Below, in pieces: positions 33,959-43,011 of a stretch of DNA of 64,000 nucleotides. Source of the stretch: an uncultured Planctomycetales bacterium (GTDB lineage Bacteria; Planctomycetota; MHYJ01; JACPRB01); the NCBI GenBank assembly GCA_964604905.1, contig CAZSCC010000566.1:682-64681 (forward strand), given 5' to 3'. Under the pieces are notes generated by a model that was not told the DNA's origin, did not search any database, and saw only the letters and a program-made list of their open reading frames with translations. The position numbers and the translations under genes are program-made. Every line of letters starts with the position of its first letter. The first letter of the stretch is position 1.

Positions 33959-35671
33959 CTAACCCAGTTCCCGGACCTGCGCGTCCAGGAGCAGCACCTC
34001 GGCGATCTGCGCGCGCTCGGTCTCGAGCGGGACGCCGCGGTCGACGACGCTCCGGCCCAGTCGCAAGAGCGAGCGCTCGAGGCGGAGCTCGGCGTTCTTC
34101 AGTTCGTGCCTGGCGAGGATCACGTCCTTCGCGGGGGTCGTCCCGCCGTCCCCGCCGCAGCGGCGCCTCGAGACCTCGAGTTCCTGGGAGACCTTCTCGA
34201 CCGCGTCGGCCTCGGCGCAGGGGATCTTCGAGACGCGGGCTGCCGCGCCCACCCGGCGGAGGAGGTCGTCCCTCTTCCGGAAGAGGAGCGCCTTCTCGTG
34301 CGCCCGCCTGCCGGTCATGTCGCGAAATATCCGGAGGGTCGTCCCGCTCGCGAGCGCCGCTGCGCCCTTCACCGAGCCCCAGAGCTTCTTGGGGTGGGAG
34401 AGGGGCGTGGCCTCGCGCAGGTCGCGCCGCAGCCAGACGGAGAGGAGGACCGCGACGCCGGAGAGCATCGCCAGGTGAAGGCCGACCCCGCCGCTTGCCG
34501 CCGGGTCGAGCGCGAGGGCGATCAGGCGGGTCATGCCGATCCCCGCGACCAGGGCCGGCGCGGCGACGATCGCCATGAGGACACGGCCCTCCGGGGCTCG
34601 CGAGCGGTCCTTGAGGAGTGCGAGCACGGTCGTCCCGCCGAATAGGACGAGCGCGACGAGGCCGAGGCCCTTTATCCCCGGCGTGGTCGCGCCGTCCGCG
34701 TGGCGGGTCCATGGGAGGAAGGAGGCGAGCATCCCGATCCAGGCGGCGAGGACGAAGAGCTGACGCTGCGGATGGACGCCCGGCGCGAGCTTCGCGAAGA
34801 CGCGGCGGAAAGCCTCGCTAGGTTTCACGCGAGCGCGAGGAGGAGGAGGCGGTTCGGGCGGCGGCTCCCCAAGCGCGATGCCCGGCCCGACCGCGTAGCG
34901 GAAGATCGCGTCGCCGATCCGGATGCGGTCGCCGGGCAGGAGCGCGCGGGGGACCGCGAGGCGCTCGCCGTTCACGTAGGTGCCGTTGCGGCTGTCGAGG
35001 TCGGCGAGGACGTGCTGCCGGGTCACGGCCGAGAACTCGAGGCGCGCGTGGTTGCGGGACGAGCCCATATCGGGCACGGGGACCTCGTGGGAGCTCATGC
35101 GCCCGATCATCGCGGCGGCGCCCACGGGAAAGGGCTCGTGCCGCCCCGCGGAGGTCTCCAGGATGAGCCACGCGCCCGGGTCCGCGGGGGCGGCGGCCGG
35201 GGCCGCGACGACGGGGACCTCCTTCGTCTCCACGTCGAGTTCCTCGTCGGAAATCGCGCCCTTCCGGAGCCTCTCCTGGGCGGCGAGGAGCGCGCTGAGC
35301 GCCTGGGTCGAGATCGCGCCCTTCTCGAGGAGGATCTCACCGAGCTTTGCGAGAGCTCCGGTCTGATGGACGAGGGCGGCGCCGATGTCTTCCTCCCGGG
35401 CGAAGCCGTTCCGGACGGCAAGGGAGCCCAGGCGGGTCTCCACCTCGGCGACTGCGCCCTCCCGCTGGACCTGGAGGATCCGGCGGATCTGGTTGGAGCT
35501 CAGCAGGCCGCGGCGGCGGCAGATTTCGCCGAGCGGGGCGGGGGCCTTCTCCTGCTCCTCGAGGACGGCGTCCAGGGCTTCCTTCGTCAGCCGACCGGTC
35601 TGCAGGGCGATCGTGCCGAACAGGAGGGCGGGATTGACGGCGGCCACGATAGGTTCTCCCATCCTCTCCAC
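33959..35671 (-). CDS. membrane protein with two N-terminal MshEN-type (c-di-GMP-binding-like) motif pairs, an FHA domain, 4-5 TM segments and a C-terminal coiled coil
   Basis: Four 24-residue matches to (R)LGxxLLxxGLLxxxxLxxxLxxQ in two pairs, each with a 5-residue spacer. FHA pattern IGRMSSHEVPVPDMGSSRNHARLEF...SRNGTYVNGERL. Hydrophobic segments follow. Confidence 0.8.
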   Translation of the reverse strand: MERMGEPIVAAVNPALLFGTIALQTGRLTKEALDAVLEEQEKAPAPLGEICRRRGLLSSNQIRRILQVQREGAVAEVETRLGSLAVRNGFAREEDIGAALVHQTGALAKLGEILLEKGAISTQALSALLAAQERLRKGAISDEELDVETKEVPVVAAPAAAPADPGAWLILETSAGRHEPFPVGAAAMIGRMSSHEVPVPDMGSSRNHARLEFSAVTRQHVLADLDSRNGTYVNGERLAVPRALLPGDRIRIGDAIFRYAVGPGIALGEPPPEPPPPPRARVKPSEAFRRVFAKLAPGVHPQRQLFVLAAWIGMLASFLPWTRHADGATTPGIKGLGLVALVLFGGTTVLALLKDRSRAPEGRVLMAIVAAPALVAGIGMTRLIALALDPAASGGVGLHLAMLSGVAVLLSVWLRRDLREATPLSHPKKLWGSVKGAAALASGTTLRIFRDMTGRRAHEKALLFRKRDDLLRRVGAAARVSKIPCAEADAVEKVSQELEVSRRRCGGDGGTTPAKDVILARHELKNAELRLERSLLRLGRSVVDRGVPLETERAQIAEVLLLDAQVRELG

Positions 35672-35753
35672 GTCGGACTGGGCTCGGCCGAGGAATCGTT
35701 CAATATTATATCCCCCGGGCGTCCGGGAGCAAGGATCGGGAGAAGAAGGGCGG

Positions 35754-37781
35754 CTACGCCCGGCGTGTCTGGACGATCTTCTGCCGGGAGGCCACGATCT
35801 CCTCCGCCAGGCTGAACGGCACCGGCTCGTAGTGGTCGAAGGTCATCGTGAAGGTGGCCTTGCCGCTCGAGAGGGTGCGCACCTGGGTGGAGTAGCCGAA
35901 CATCGAGCCCAACGGGACGTAGGCGCGGATCTCGTGGTTGACGCCCTTCTGCTCCATCGCCTCGATCCGGCCGCGGCGGGAGGCGAGATCGCCGTTCACG
36001 CCCCCCAGGTACTCCGCGGGGGTGACCACGCTGACGGACATGACGGGCTCGAGGAGCGCGGGTGCGGCCTTCCGGAAGAGCTCCTTGAAGGCCATCGACG
36101 CGCAGGTGAAGAACGCGCGCTCGCTCGAATCGACGTCGTGATAGTCGCCGTCGGTGAGCGTCACGCGGAGGTCGACAACCGGGAAGGCCGCGTAGGGGCC
36201 CTTCTGCATCGCGTCGATCACGCCCTTCTCGACGGCGGGGACGTACTCCCTGGGGACATTGCCGCCCTTGACGTCGTTGACGAACTCGAAGCCGCTCCCG
36301 GAGGGGAGGGGCTCGCAGCTGAGGCAGACGCGGGCGAAGTCGCCCTTGCCGCCGGTCTGCTTCTGGAGCTTGTGGTCGACCTCGGAGGCCGCGGTCGCGG
36401 TCTCGCGGTAGGCCACCTGGGGGCGGCCGACCTTCGCCATGACGTTGTGCTCGCGCTTGAGACGGTCCACCAGGATCTCGAGGTGGAGCTCGCCCATGCC
36501 CGACATGATCGTCTCCTCGGTCTCCTGGTCGAAGCTGACGATGAACGTCGGGTCCTCCTCGGCCAGCTTGGCGAGGGCATACGAGAGCTTGTCCCGGTCG
36601 CCGCGCGACTCGGGGGTGATGGAGACCGAGATGACGGGGGAGGGGAACTCGATGGCCTCGAGCTGCACGGGGTGCTCGGGGTCGCAAATCGTGTTGCCGG
36701 TCAGGGTCTTGTCGAAGCCGATGACGGCGCCGATCTCGCCGGCGTCCAGGTACTCGCGGGCGATCGGCTTGTTGGCGTGCATCTCGACGAGGCGGCCGAC
36801 GCGCTCGCGATGGTTGCGGGTGCTGTTGAGCACGTAGGATCCCGCGTCGAGGCGGCCGCGGTAGACGCGGACGTAGGTCAGTTTGTTGTGGCGGTCGCTG
36901 AAGATCTTGAAGGCGAGCGCGGCGAGCGGTCCCTCCTCGATCTTGGGGGCCGGTAGGTAGTCGATGACGGCGTCGAGGAGCCGCTGGATGCCGATGTTGC
37001 GGGCGGCGGAGCCGCAGAGGACCGGATGGATCGAGCGGGCGAGCGTCGCCTTGCGGAGCGCCGCGCGGATCTCCAGCTCGCTGGGCTCCACCCCGGAGAC
37101 GAACTTCTCGAGGAGGCTCTCGTCCTGCTCGGAGACCTTCTCGACGAGGTTCTTCCGCCACTTGTGGGCCTCGTCCTTCCACGCCTCGGGGATGGGCCGC
37201 TCCTCGACGTGGAGCTGCCCCTTGGTCTCGTGGAAGAGGACCTCGCAGTTCTTGACCAAGTCGATGAGGCCGTTGAACTGCTCCTGCTTGCCGACAGGGA
37301 GGACGATGGGGACGGCGTTCCCGCCGAGCTCCTTCTGGATCTTCTCGACGACGTCGAAGAAGTCGGCGCCCGTGCGGTCCATCTTGTTGATGAAGCAGAT
37401 CGAAGGCACCTGGTATTTCTCGGCCTGGCGCCAGACGGTCATGGACTGGGGTTCGACACCGCCGACGCCGCAGAAGAGGGCCACGGCGCCGTCCAGGACG
37501 CGGAGCGAGCGTTCGACCTCGACGGTGAAGTCGACGTGGCCGGGGGTGTCGATCAGGTTGATGCGGTGGTCCCGCCACTCGACGGCGGTGGCGGCGGCGG
37601 TGATGGTGATGCCGCGCTCGCGCTCCTGGTCCATCCAGTCGAGGGCCGTGTTCCCGTCGTCCACCTCGCCGATCTTGTGGGTGCGGCCGGTGAAGAATAG
37701 GATGCGCTCGCTCGTGGTGGTCTTCCCCGAGTCGATGTGCGCGATGATGCCGATGTTGCGGATCTTGCTGGCGTCGATCAT
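35754..37781 (-). CDS. fusA: elongation factor G family GTPase
   Basis: RNIGIIAHIDSGKTT (G1), DTPGHVDF (G3), NKMDR (G4), and EF-G domains II-V in collinear order. ATG at 37781 (alternative at 37814); the track ORF extension upstream is rejected. Confidence 0.9.
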   Translation of the reverse strand: MIDASKIRNIGIIAHIDSGKTTTSERILFFTGRTHKIGEVDDGNTALDWMDQERERGITITAAATAVEWRDHRINLIDTPGHVDFTVEVERSLRVLDGAVALFCGVGGVEPQSMTVWRQAEKYQVPSICFINKMDRTGADFFDVVEKIQKELGGNAVPIVLPVGKQEQFNGLIDLVKNCEVLFHETKGQLHVEERPIPEAWKDEAHKWRKNLVEKVSEQDESLLEKFVSGVEPSELEIRAALRKATLARSIHPVLCGSAARNIGIQRLLDAVIDYLPAPKIEEGPLAALAFKIFSDRHNKLTYVRVYRGRLDAGSYVLNSTRNHRERVGRLVEMHANKPIAREYLDAGEIGAVIGFDKTLTGNTICDPEHPVQLEAIEFPSPVISVSITPESRGDRDKLSYALAKLAEEDPTFIVSFDQETEETIMSGMGELHLEILVDRLKREHNVMAKVGRPQVAYRETATAASEVDHKLQKQTGGKGDFARVCLSCEPLPSGSGFEFVNDVKGGNVPREYVPAVEKGVIDAMQKGPYAAFPVVDLRVTLTDGDYHDVDSSERAFFTCASMAFKELFRKAAPALLEPVMSVSVVTPAEYLGGVNGDLASRRGRIEAMEQKGVNHEIRAYVPLGSMFGYSTQVRTLSSGKATFTMTFDHYEPVPFSLAEEIVASRQKIVQTRRA

Positions 37782-37940
37782 AGGTCCCTGATTAGAAAAC
37801 CGAAGGCGGGGCATATTAGCGGGAAGGGGGCCGGAATGCAACGGGGAAACGGGGGCCGGGGGTGGAATGCGGGACCGCGGAGGCGGCTGCGGGGAGTGCT
37901 GGACTTGACCCGGACCGCCCCTCATAATGCCGGGCGAATC

Positions 37941-38855
37941 ATGACCCGGATCGCGAAGAAATTGGGCCTCGTCCCCGAGGAGGCGGCCCTGGCGGCCTCC
38001 GCCAAGCGCTTCCCCGACGGCGCCCAGTACCGCTTCGAGATCCCCAGCATCGAGACCCCCGAGGCCCTCTCCGCCGTCCTGGAGGAGGCCGACAAGCACA
38101 AGATCCTCATCCACCGCGTCAGCCAGGGCTCGGGCATCATGCTCCTGACCGACGCGGAGATCGCGTCGATGTGCCGGATCGCCCGGGACGCGAAGATGGA
38201 GCTGTCGCTCTTCGTCGGCCCCCGCGCGGGGTACGACACGACCCCGCAGCCCCACGTGCCGGCGGGGAAGATCATCGGCGGGAACCTCCGGGGCGCGTCG
38301 CAGCTCCTCTACGCGGTCGAGGACGTGAAGCGCGGCTGCGACCTCGGGCTCCGCAGCGTCCTGGTCGCCGACCTCGGCCTGCTCCACGTCCTGAACGAGA
38401 TGAAAAGGGCGGGCGAGCTCCCCGCGAGCCTCGTCCTGAAGATCTCCATCCTCTTCAGCGTCACCAACCCCATGACCGCGAAGGTCCTCGAGTCGCTCGG
38501 GGCCGGGACGATCAACGTCTCGCCCGACCTCTCGCTCGCCCACCTGGCCGGGCTCCGCGGCGCGATCGACGTCCCGCTCGACATCTACGTCGAGGTCCCC
38601 GATGGCTTCGGCGGCTACATCCGCACCTACGAGGTCCCGGAGATGATCCGCGTCGCCTCCCCGGTCTACGTCAAGATGGGCCTCCGGAACGCGCCCGACA
38701 TCTACCCCTATGGGGAGCAGCTGAGGAACGTCGCCCTCGCCATGAGCCGCGAGCGCCTCCACCGCGCGCGCCTCGTGATGGACATGATCCAGCGCCACGC
38801 TCCCGAGGCCGTGATGTCCCAGAGAGGCGCGAAAGGGCTGGGGATCCCCGAATGA
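37941..38855 (+). CDS. conserved hypothetical protein (first gene of the 4-gene sugar-acid-type operon)
   Basis: 304-aa ORF with coding GC3. Its stop overlaps the next start (ATGA at 38852..38855). No family motif recognised. Confidence 0.6.
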   Translation: MTRIAKKLGLVPEEAALAASAKRFPDGAQYRFEIPSIETPEALSAVLEEADKHKILIHRVSQGSGIMLLTDAEIASMCRIARDAKMELSLFVGPRAGYDTTPQPHVPAGKIIGGNLRGASQLLYAVEDVKRGCDLGLRSVLVADLGLLHVLNEMKRAGELPASLVLKISILFSVTNPMTAKVLESLGAGTINVSPDLSLAHLAGLRGAIDVPLDIYVEVPDGFGGYIRTYEVPEMIRVASPVYVKMGLRNAPDIYPYGEQLRNVALAMSRERLHRARLVMDMIQRHAPEAVMSQRGAKGLGIPE

Positions 38856-40108
38856 TCCGGATGATGGCGGTCCGGCAGGACTTCCCGAAGGCGCCGCCGC
38901 TCGACATCGCGGCAACGCTCCGGCGCGACTTCAAGCCCTCCGTGAAGCGCGGCGCCTCGATCGCCGTCGCGGCCGGCAGCCGGGGCATCTCGAACTACGC
39001 CGCCGTCGTCTCGACCGTGATCGCGATCCTGAAGGACGCCGGCGCGAACCCCTTCATCGTCCCCGCCATGGGGAGCCACGGCGGCGCCACGCCCGAGGGA
39101 CAGCGCGGGCTTCTCGCCGAATACGGCATCACCGAGGAGAAGATGGGCGTCCCTCTCCGCGACTCGATGGCCGCCGAGCGGCTCGGGACCACGGAGGAGG
39201 GCATCGCGGTCCACTTCAGCGCGGAGGCGCTCAAGGCGGACGGCATCGTCCTCGTCAACCGCGTGAAGCCCCACACCGACTTCATCGGGAAGGTCGGGAG
39301 CGGCCTCCTCAAGATGGCCGCGATCGGCCTGGGCAAGCAGGCGGGCGCGGCGGCCTGCCACGCGGCGGGGCAGAAGTTCGGCCTCGAGCGGGTGATCCAG
39401 GGCGTCGCCGCCGTGTCGCTCCGGAAGGCCCCGATCCTCTGGGGCGTGGCGATCCTCGAGGACCCCTACCACGAGACCGCCCGCCTCGCGGTCGTCCCGG
39501 CCGCCGAGATCGAGGCGCGCGAGGTGGAGCTCCAGGCCGAGGCGCGGACGCTCATGCCGCGGCTGCCGTTCGACGACATGGACCTCCTCATCATCGACCG
39601 GATCGGGAAGAACATCAGCGGCCCCGGCATGGACCCGAACGTGGTCGGCCGGCCCGTGCAGGGCTACACGGCCACGCTCTCCGACCGCTCGTGGAACCCG
39701 GTCGTCCGCCGCATCCTCGTCACGGACCTCACCCCAGAGTCCCACGGCAACGCGATCGGGATCGGGATGGCCGACTTTACGACGGCGAAGCTCGTCGCGA
39801 AGATCGACAAGAAGTCGATGTACATGAACGCGCTGACGTCGCTCAGCGTGGCGACGGTGAAGATCCCGATCACGTTCGACACCGACCGCGACGCCGTGGC
39901 GGGGGCGCTCGGGACGCTGGCGCTCGAGGACCCTTCGAAAGCCAGAGTGATCCGTATCCAGGACACGCTCTCGCTCGGCGTCATCGAGGTCTCGGATGCG
40001 TTCGCGGAGGCGGTGAAGGGGAAGAGGGAGCTCGCGGCCCTCGGGCCGCCCGCGGAGATCGCATTCGACCCGGCGGGGAACCTGCTTCCGATCGGATCCC
40101 AGCGATAG
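38852..40108 (+). CDS. DUF2088/LarA-N-terminal-like domain protein (tentative)
   Basis: Pattern IAVAAGSRGISN...FIVPAMGSHGGATPEGQ...GI resembles the N-terminal domain of lactate-racemase-like proteins. Assignment is from memory of the family, not from a search. Confidence 0.6.
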   Translation: MIRMMAVRQDFPKAPPLDIAATLRRDFKPSVKRGASIAVAAGSRGISNYAAVVSTVIAILKDAGANPFIVPAMGSHGGATPEGQRGLLAEYGITEEKMGVPLRDSMAAERLGTTEEGIAVHFSAEALKADGIVLVNRVKPHTDFIGKVGSGLLKMAAIGLGKQAGAAACHAAGQKFGLERVIQGVAAVSLRKAPILWGVAILEDPYHETARLAVVPAAEIEAREVELQAEARTLMPRLPFDDMDLLIIDRIGKNISGPGMDPNVVGRPVQGYTATLSDRSWNPVVRRILVTDLTPESHGNAIGIGMADFTTAKLVAKIDKKSMYMNALTSLSVATVKIPITFDTDRDAVAGALGTLALEDPSKARVIRIQDTLSLGVIEVSDAFAEAVKGKRELAALGPPAEIAFDPAGNLLPIGSQR

Positions 40109-40115
40109 GTGAACG

Positions 40116-41708
40116 ATGGCGCTTCACGGAAAGAACCTGGTCGCCGGCGAGCTCGGCGCCGCCGGCCCGAAGACCTTCAAGGCGTGGAACCCCGGCGCCG
40201 GCGCCGCGATGGAGCCCCCCTTCCACGAGGTCGCGGCCGACGAGCTCGACCGCGCGATGGAGGCCGCCGAGGCGGCGTTCCAGGTCTACCGGAAGGTCAA
40301 ACCCGAGGCGGTCGCGGCGTTCCTCGAGCGGATCGGGACGGAGATCGTCGCGCTCGGGCAGGAGCTGATCGACCGCGCCTCCGCCGAGACGGCGCTCCCG
40401 CCCGACCGGATCACCGGCGAGCGCGGCCGCACCGTCGGCCAGCTCAACCTCTTCGCCGGACTCGTGCGCGACGGCTCGTGGGTCGACGCGCGGATCGACC
40501 GCGCGATCCCCGACCGCAAGCCCCTCCCCAAGCCCGACGTGCGGCGGATGCTGATCCCGATCGGGCCGGTGGTGGTCTTCTGCGCGAGCAACTTTCCGCT
40601 GGCCTTCTCGGTCGCGGGCGGCGACACGGCGTCGGCGCTCGCGGCGGGCTGCCCGGTGGTCGTGAAGGCGAACCGTGCCCATCCGGGGACGGCCGAGCTG
40701 GTCGGCGAGGCGGTCCGGAAGGCGGTCGCCGCCTGCGGGATGCCGCCCGGGGTCTTCTCGCTCCTCCAGGGCGCGAACCATGAGATCGGGACGGCGCTCG
40801 TGCGCCATCCGAGGGCGCGCGCGGCGGGCTTCACCGGCTCGCAGGGCGGCGGCCGCGCGCTCTTCGACGCCGCCGCCCGGCGGCCCGATCCGATCCCGGT
40901 CTACGCGGAGATGGGGAGCGTCAATCCGGTCTTCATCCTGCCGGGCGCTCTCCGCGAGCGCGCCGAGTCGATCGCGGAGGGGCTCAAGGGTTCGGTGGCG
41001 CTCGGGAACGGCCAGTTCTGCACGAAGCCGGGGGCCGTGCTCGCGGTGGACGACCCGGCGCTCGGGAAGCTCATGGAGAAGCTGGGCGGCCTGATCGCGC
41101 AGCAGCCCGCCGGGACGCTCCTCCACACGGGGATCCATAAGGGGTACGAGCAGGGGGTGAAGGAGATCGCCTCGGTCGACGGCGTGAAGGTGGCGAGCCG
41201 GTCGGCGGCCGCCGCCGACGCGCAGAAGACGCAGGTGAAGGCCGCGCTCTTCACGACCGACGGAGCGACGTTCCTCAAGGAGCGCCGCCTGCGCGAGGAG
41301 GTCTTCGGTCCGGCGACGCTCGTGGTCCGCTGCGGCTCGCGCGACGAGCTCGAGAAGGCCGCGCGGGCGATGGAAGGACATCTCACGGCGACGGTCCACG
41401 GTACCGAGGCGGACCTCAAGGAGTACGCGGGCCTGGTTTCTATCCTCGAGACCCGGGTCGGCCGCCTCGTCTTCAACGGCTATCCGACGGGCGTCGAGGT
41501 GTGCCCATCGATGAACCACGGCGGGCCGTATCCCGCGACGACGGACGTCCACTCGACCTCGGTGGGGACGGCCGCGATCTACCGCTGGGCGCGCCCGGTC
41601 TGCTACCAGAATTTTCCGCAGGAGGCGCTCCCGGCCGAACTTCAGGACCGGAACGCCCGGAAGGTCTGGCGCACGGTCGACGGAAAGCTCACCCAGGAGG
41701 ACCTCTAG
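40116..41708 (+). CDS. NADP-type aldehyde dehydrogenase (alpha-ketoglutaric semialdehyde dehydrogenase-like)
   Basis: ~530-aa ALDH with catalytic-region motifs EMGSVNP and GQFCTKPG and the N-terminal HGKNLVAGE pattern of the KGSADH type. Confidence 0.85.
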   Translation: MALHGKNLVAGELGAAGPKTFKAWNPGAGAAMEPPFHEVAADELDRAMEAAEAAFQVYRKVKPEAVAAFLERIGTEIVALGQELIDRASAETALPPDRITGERGRTVGQLNLFAGLVRDGSWVDARIDRAIPDRKPLPKPDVRRMLIPIGPVVVFCASNFPLAFSVAGGDTASALAAGCPVVVKANRAHPGTAELVGEAVRKAVAACGMPPGVFSLLQGANHEIGTALVRHPRARAAGFTGSQGGGRALFDAAARRPDPIPVYAEMGSVNPVFILPGALRERAESIAEGLKGSVALGNGQFCTKPGAVLAVDDPALGKLMEKLGGLIAQQPAGTLLHTGIHKGYEQGVKEIASVDGVKVASRSAAAADAQKTQVKAALFTTDGATFLKERRLREEVFGPATLVVRCGSRDELEKAARAMEGHLTATVHGTEADLKEYAGLVSILETRVGRLVFNGYPTGVEVCPSMNHGGPYPATTDVHSTSVGTAAIYRWARPVCYQNFPQEALPAELQDRNARKVWRTVDGKLTQEDL

Positions 41709-42866
41709 ATGAAGATCTCGAAGATGACGCCCATGGTGATGGGCACTCCCTGGAGGAACCTGACGTTCCTGAAGCTTGAGACCGACGAGGGGCTGGTCGG
41801 CGTCTCGGAAGTCCGGTCGATCCGGACCGACGCGCTGCTCGGCTACCTCAAGCAGATCGAGAAGCGCTACGTGCTCGGGAGCGACCCGTTCAACGTCGAG
41901 CAGCTCGTCCAGCGGGCGTTCGTGGACGACTTCCTGCGCGTGAACGACATCACGGGGGCGGGGATCGCGCTCGTCGAGATGGCCTGCTGGGACATCATCG
42001 GGAAGGCGGTCAACCAGCCGGTCTACAAGCTCCTGGGCGGCGCGTGCCGGGACAGGATCAAGACCTACGCGAACGGCTGGTACACGGTCGAGCGGACCCC
42101 TGCGGCGTTCGAGGAGGCCGTGAAGAAGGTCGTCGCGCGCGGGTACCTGGGGCTCAAGGTCGACCCGTTCGGGTCGGGCTTCTACGAGATGGAGCGCGCA
42201 GAGAAGAACAAGTCCATTTCGCTCATCGAGGCGATCCGCGGCACGGTCGGGCCGGACGTGGAGATCATGATCGAGATGCACGGGCGCTTCAGCCCGGCGA
42301 CGGCGATCGATCTCTCGCGCGACCTGGAGAAGTTCAAGCCCTCGTGGGTGGAGGAGCCGGTCCCCGCGGACAATCTCGAGGCGATGGCGAAGGCGGCGGC
42401 GAAGATCAACATCCCGGTCGCGGCGGGCGAGCGGATCCACACGCGGCACGAGACGCGCCGGCTCCTCGAGCTGGGCGCGCTCGACGTCCTCCAGACCGAC
42501 ATCACGATGTCCTGCGGGATCCTGGAGGGGAAGAAGATCGCGGCGATGGCGGACGCCTACTACGTGACGTTCGCGCCGCACAACACGGGCGGCCCGGTGA
42601 GCACGGCGGCGTGCCTCCATCTCGCCGCCTGCACCCCGAACTTCAAGATCCAGGAGCACTTCAACGACTTCGTGGACGCATGGGTGAAGGATGCGGCGAA
42701 GGGGCCGGGCTATCCCGAGGTGAAGGACGGCTATTTCCCGCTCCCGTCGGGGCCGGGCCTGGGCGTCACGCTGAACGAGGACTTCATCCGCGAGCATCCG
42801 ACCCAGGGCGAGACCTTCAACCTGTTCAAGGAGGACTGGCACCGCCGCCAGTCGGCCAAGAAGTAA
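41709..42866 (+). CDS. enolase-superfamily (mandelate racemase/muconate lactonizing) acid-sugar dehydratase-like enzyme
   Basis: GLKVDPFG, WVEEPVP and AAGERIH metal-ligand segments, and HNTGGPV near the C-terminus. The start follows the ALDH stop directly (TAGATG). Confidence 0.9.
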   Translation: MKISKMTPMVMGTPWRNLTFLKLETDEGLVGVSEVRSIRTDALLGYLKQIEKRYVLGSDPFNVEQLVQRAFVDDFLRVNDITGAGIALVEMACWDIIGKAVNQPVYKLLGGACRDRIKTYANGWYTVERTPAAFEEAVKKVVARGYLGLKVDPFGSGFYEMERAEKNKSISLIEAIRGTVGPDVEIMIEMHGRFSPATAIDLSRDLEKFKPSWVEEPVPADNLEAMAKAAAKINIPVAAGERIHTRHETRRLLELGALDVLQTDITMSCGILEGKKIAAMADAYYVTFAPHNTGGPVSTAACLHLAACTPNFKIQEHFNDFVDAWVKDAAKGPGYPEVKDGYFPLPSGPGLGVTLNEDFIREHPTQGETFNLFKEDWHRRQSAKK

Positions 42867-43011
42867 GCAACAGAGGAGCTTCGAATCCGTTCAGGGGTTC
42901 GATGTCTGGCCTCGGGCATCGGAGGATTCCCGGGGTCGATCCTTGAACGAATGCGGGGCTTCTTTGCCGAATCGTGCCACGCCGCGACGACCTCCCCGTC
43001 AGTCCTGTTAG

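Noticed and set aside
33915-34712. 5-prime extension of the HEAT-repeat ORF
   Set aside because: It overlaps the 3-prime half of the FHA/TM gene in another frame. HEAT repeats start right after the ATG at 33914.
37782-38915. 5-prime extension of the EF-G ORF (track ORF 35754..38915)
   Set aside because: The G1 motif lies 8-19 residues after the ATGs at 37781/37814, as in normal EF-G. The extension is antisense to the plus-strand gene 37941..38855.
39981-42842. 953-aa minus-strand ORF
   Set aside because: It is antisense to the ALDH and enolase-superfamily genes, both of which carry catalytic motifs.
42871-42905. tRNA T-loop-like words (TTCGAATCC and GGTTCGA) in the intergenic region after the enolase-superfamily gene
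   Set aside because: I could not build flanking T-stem pairing, an acceptor stem or an anticodon arm, and there is no integrase nearby. This is probably a chance match or, at most, a very decayed tRNA fragment.
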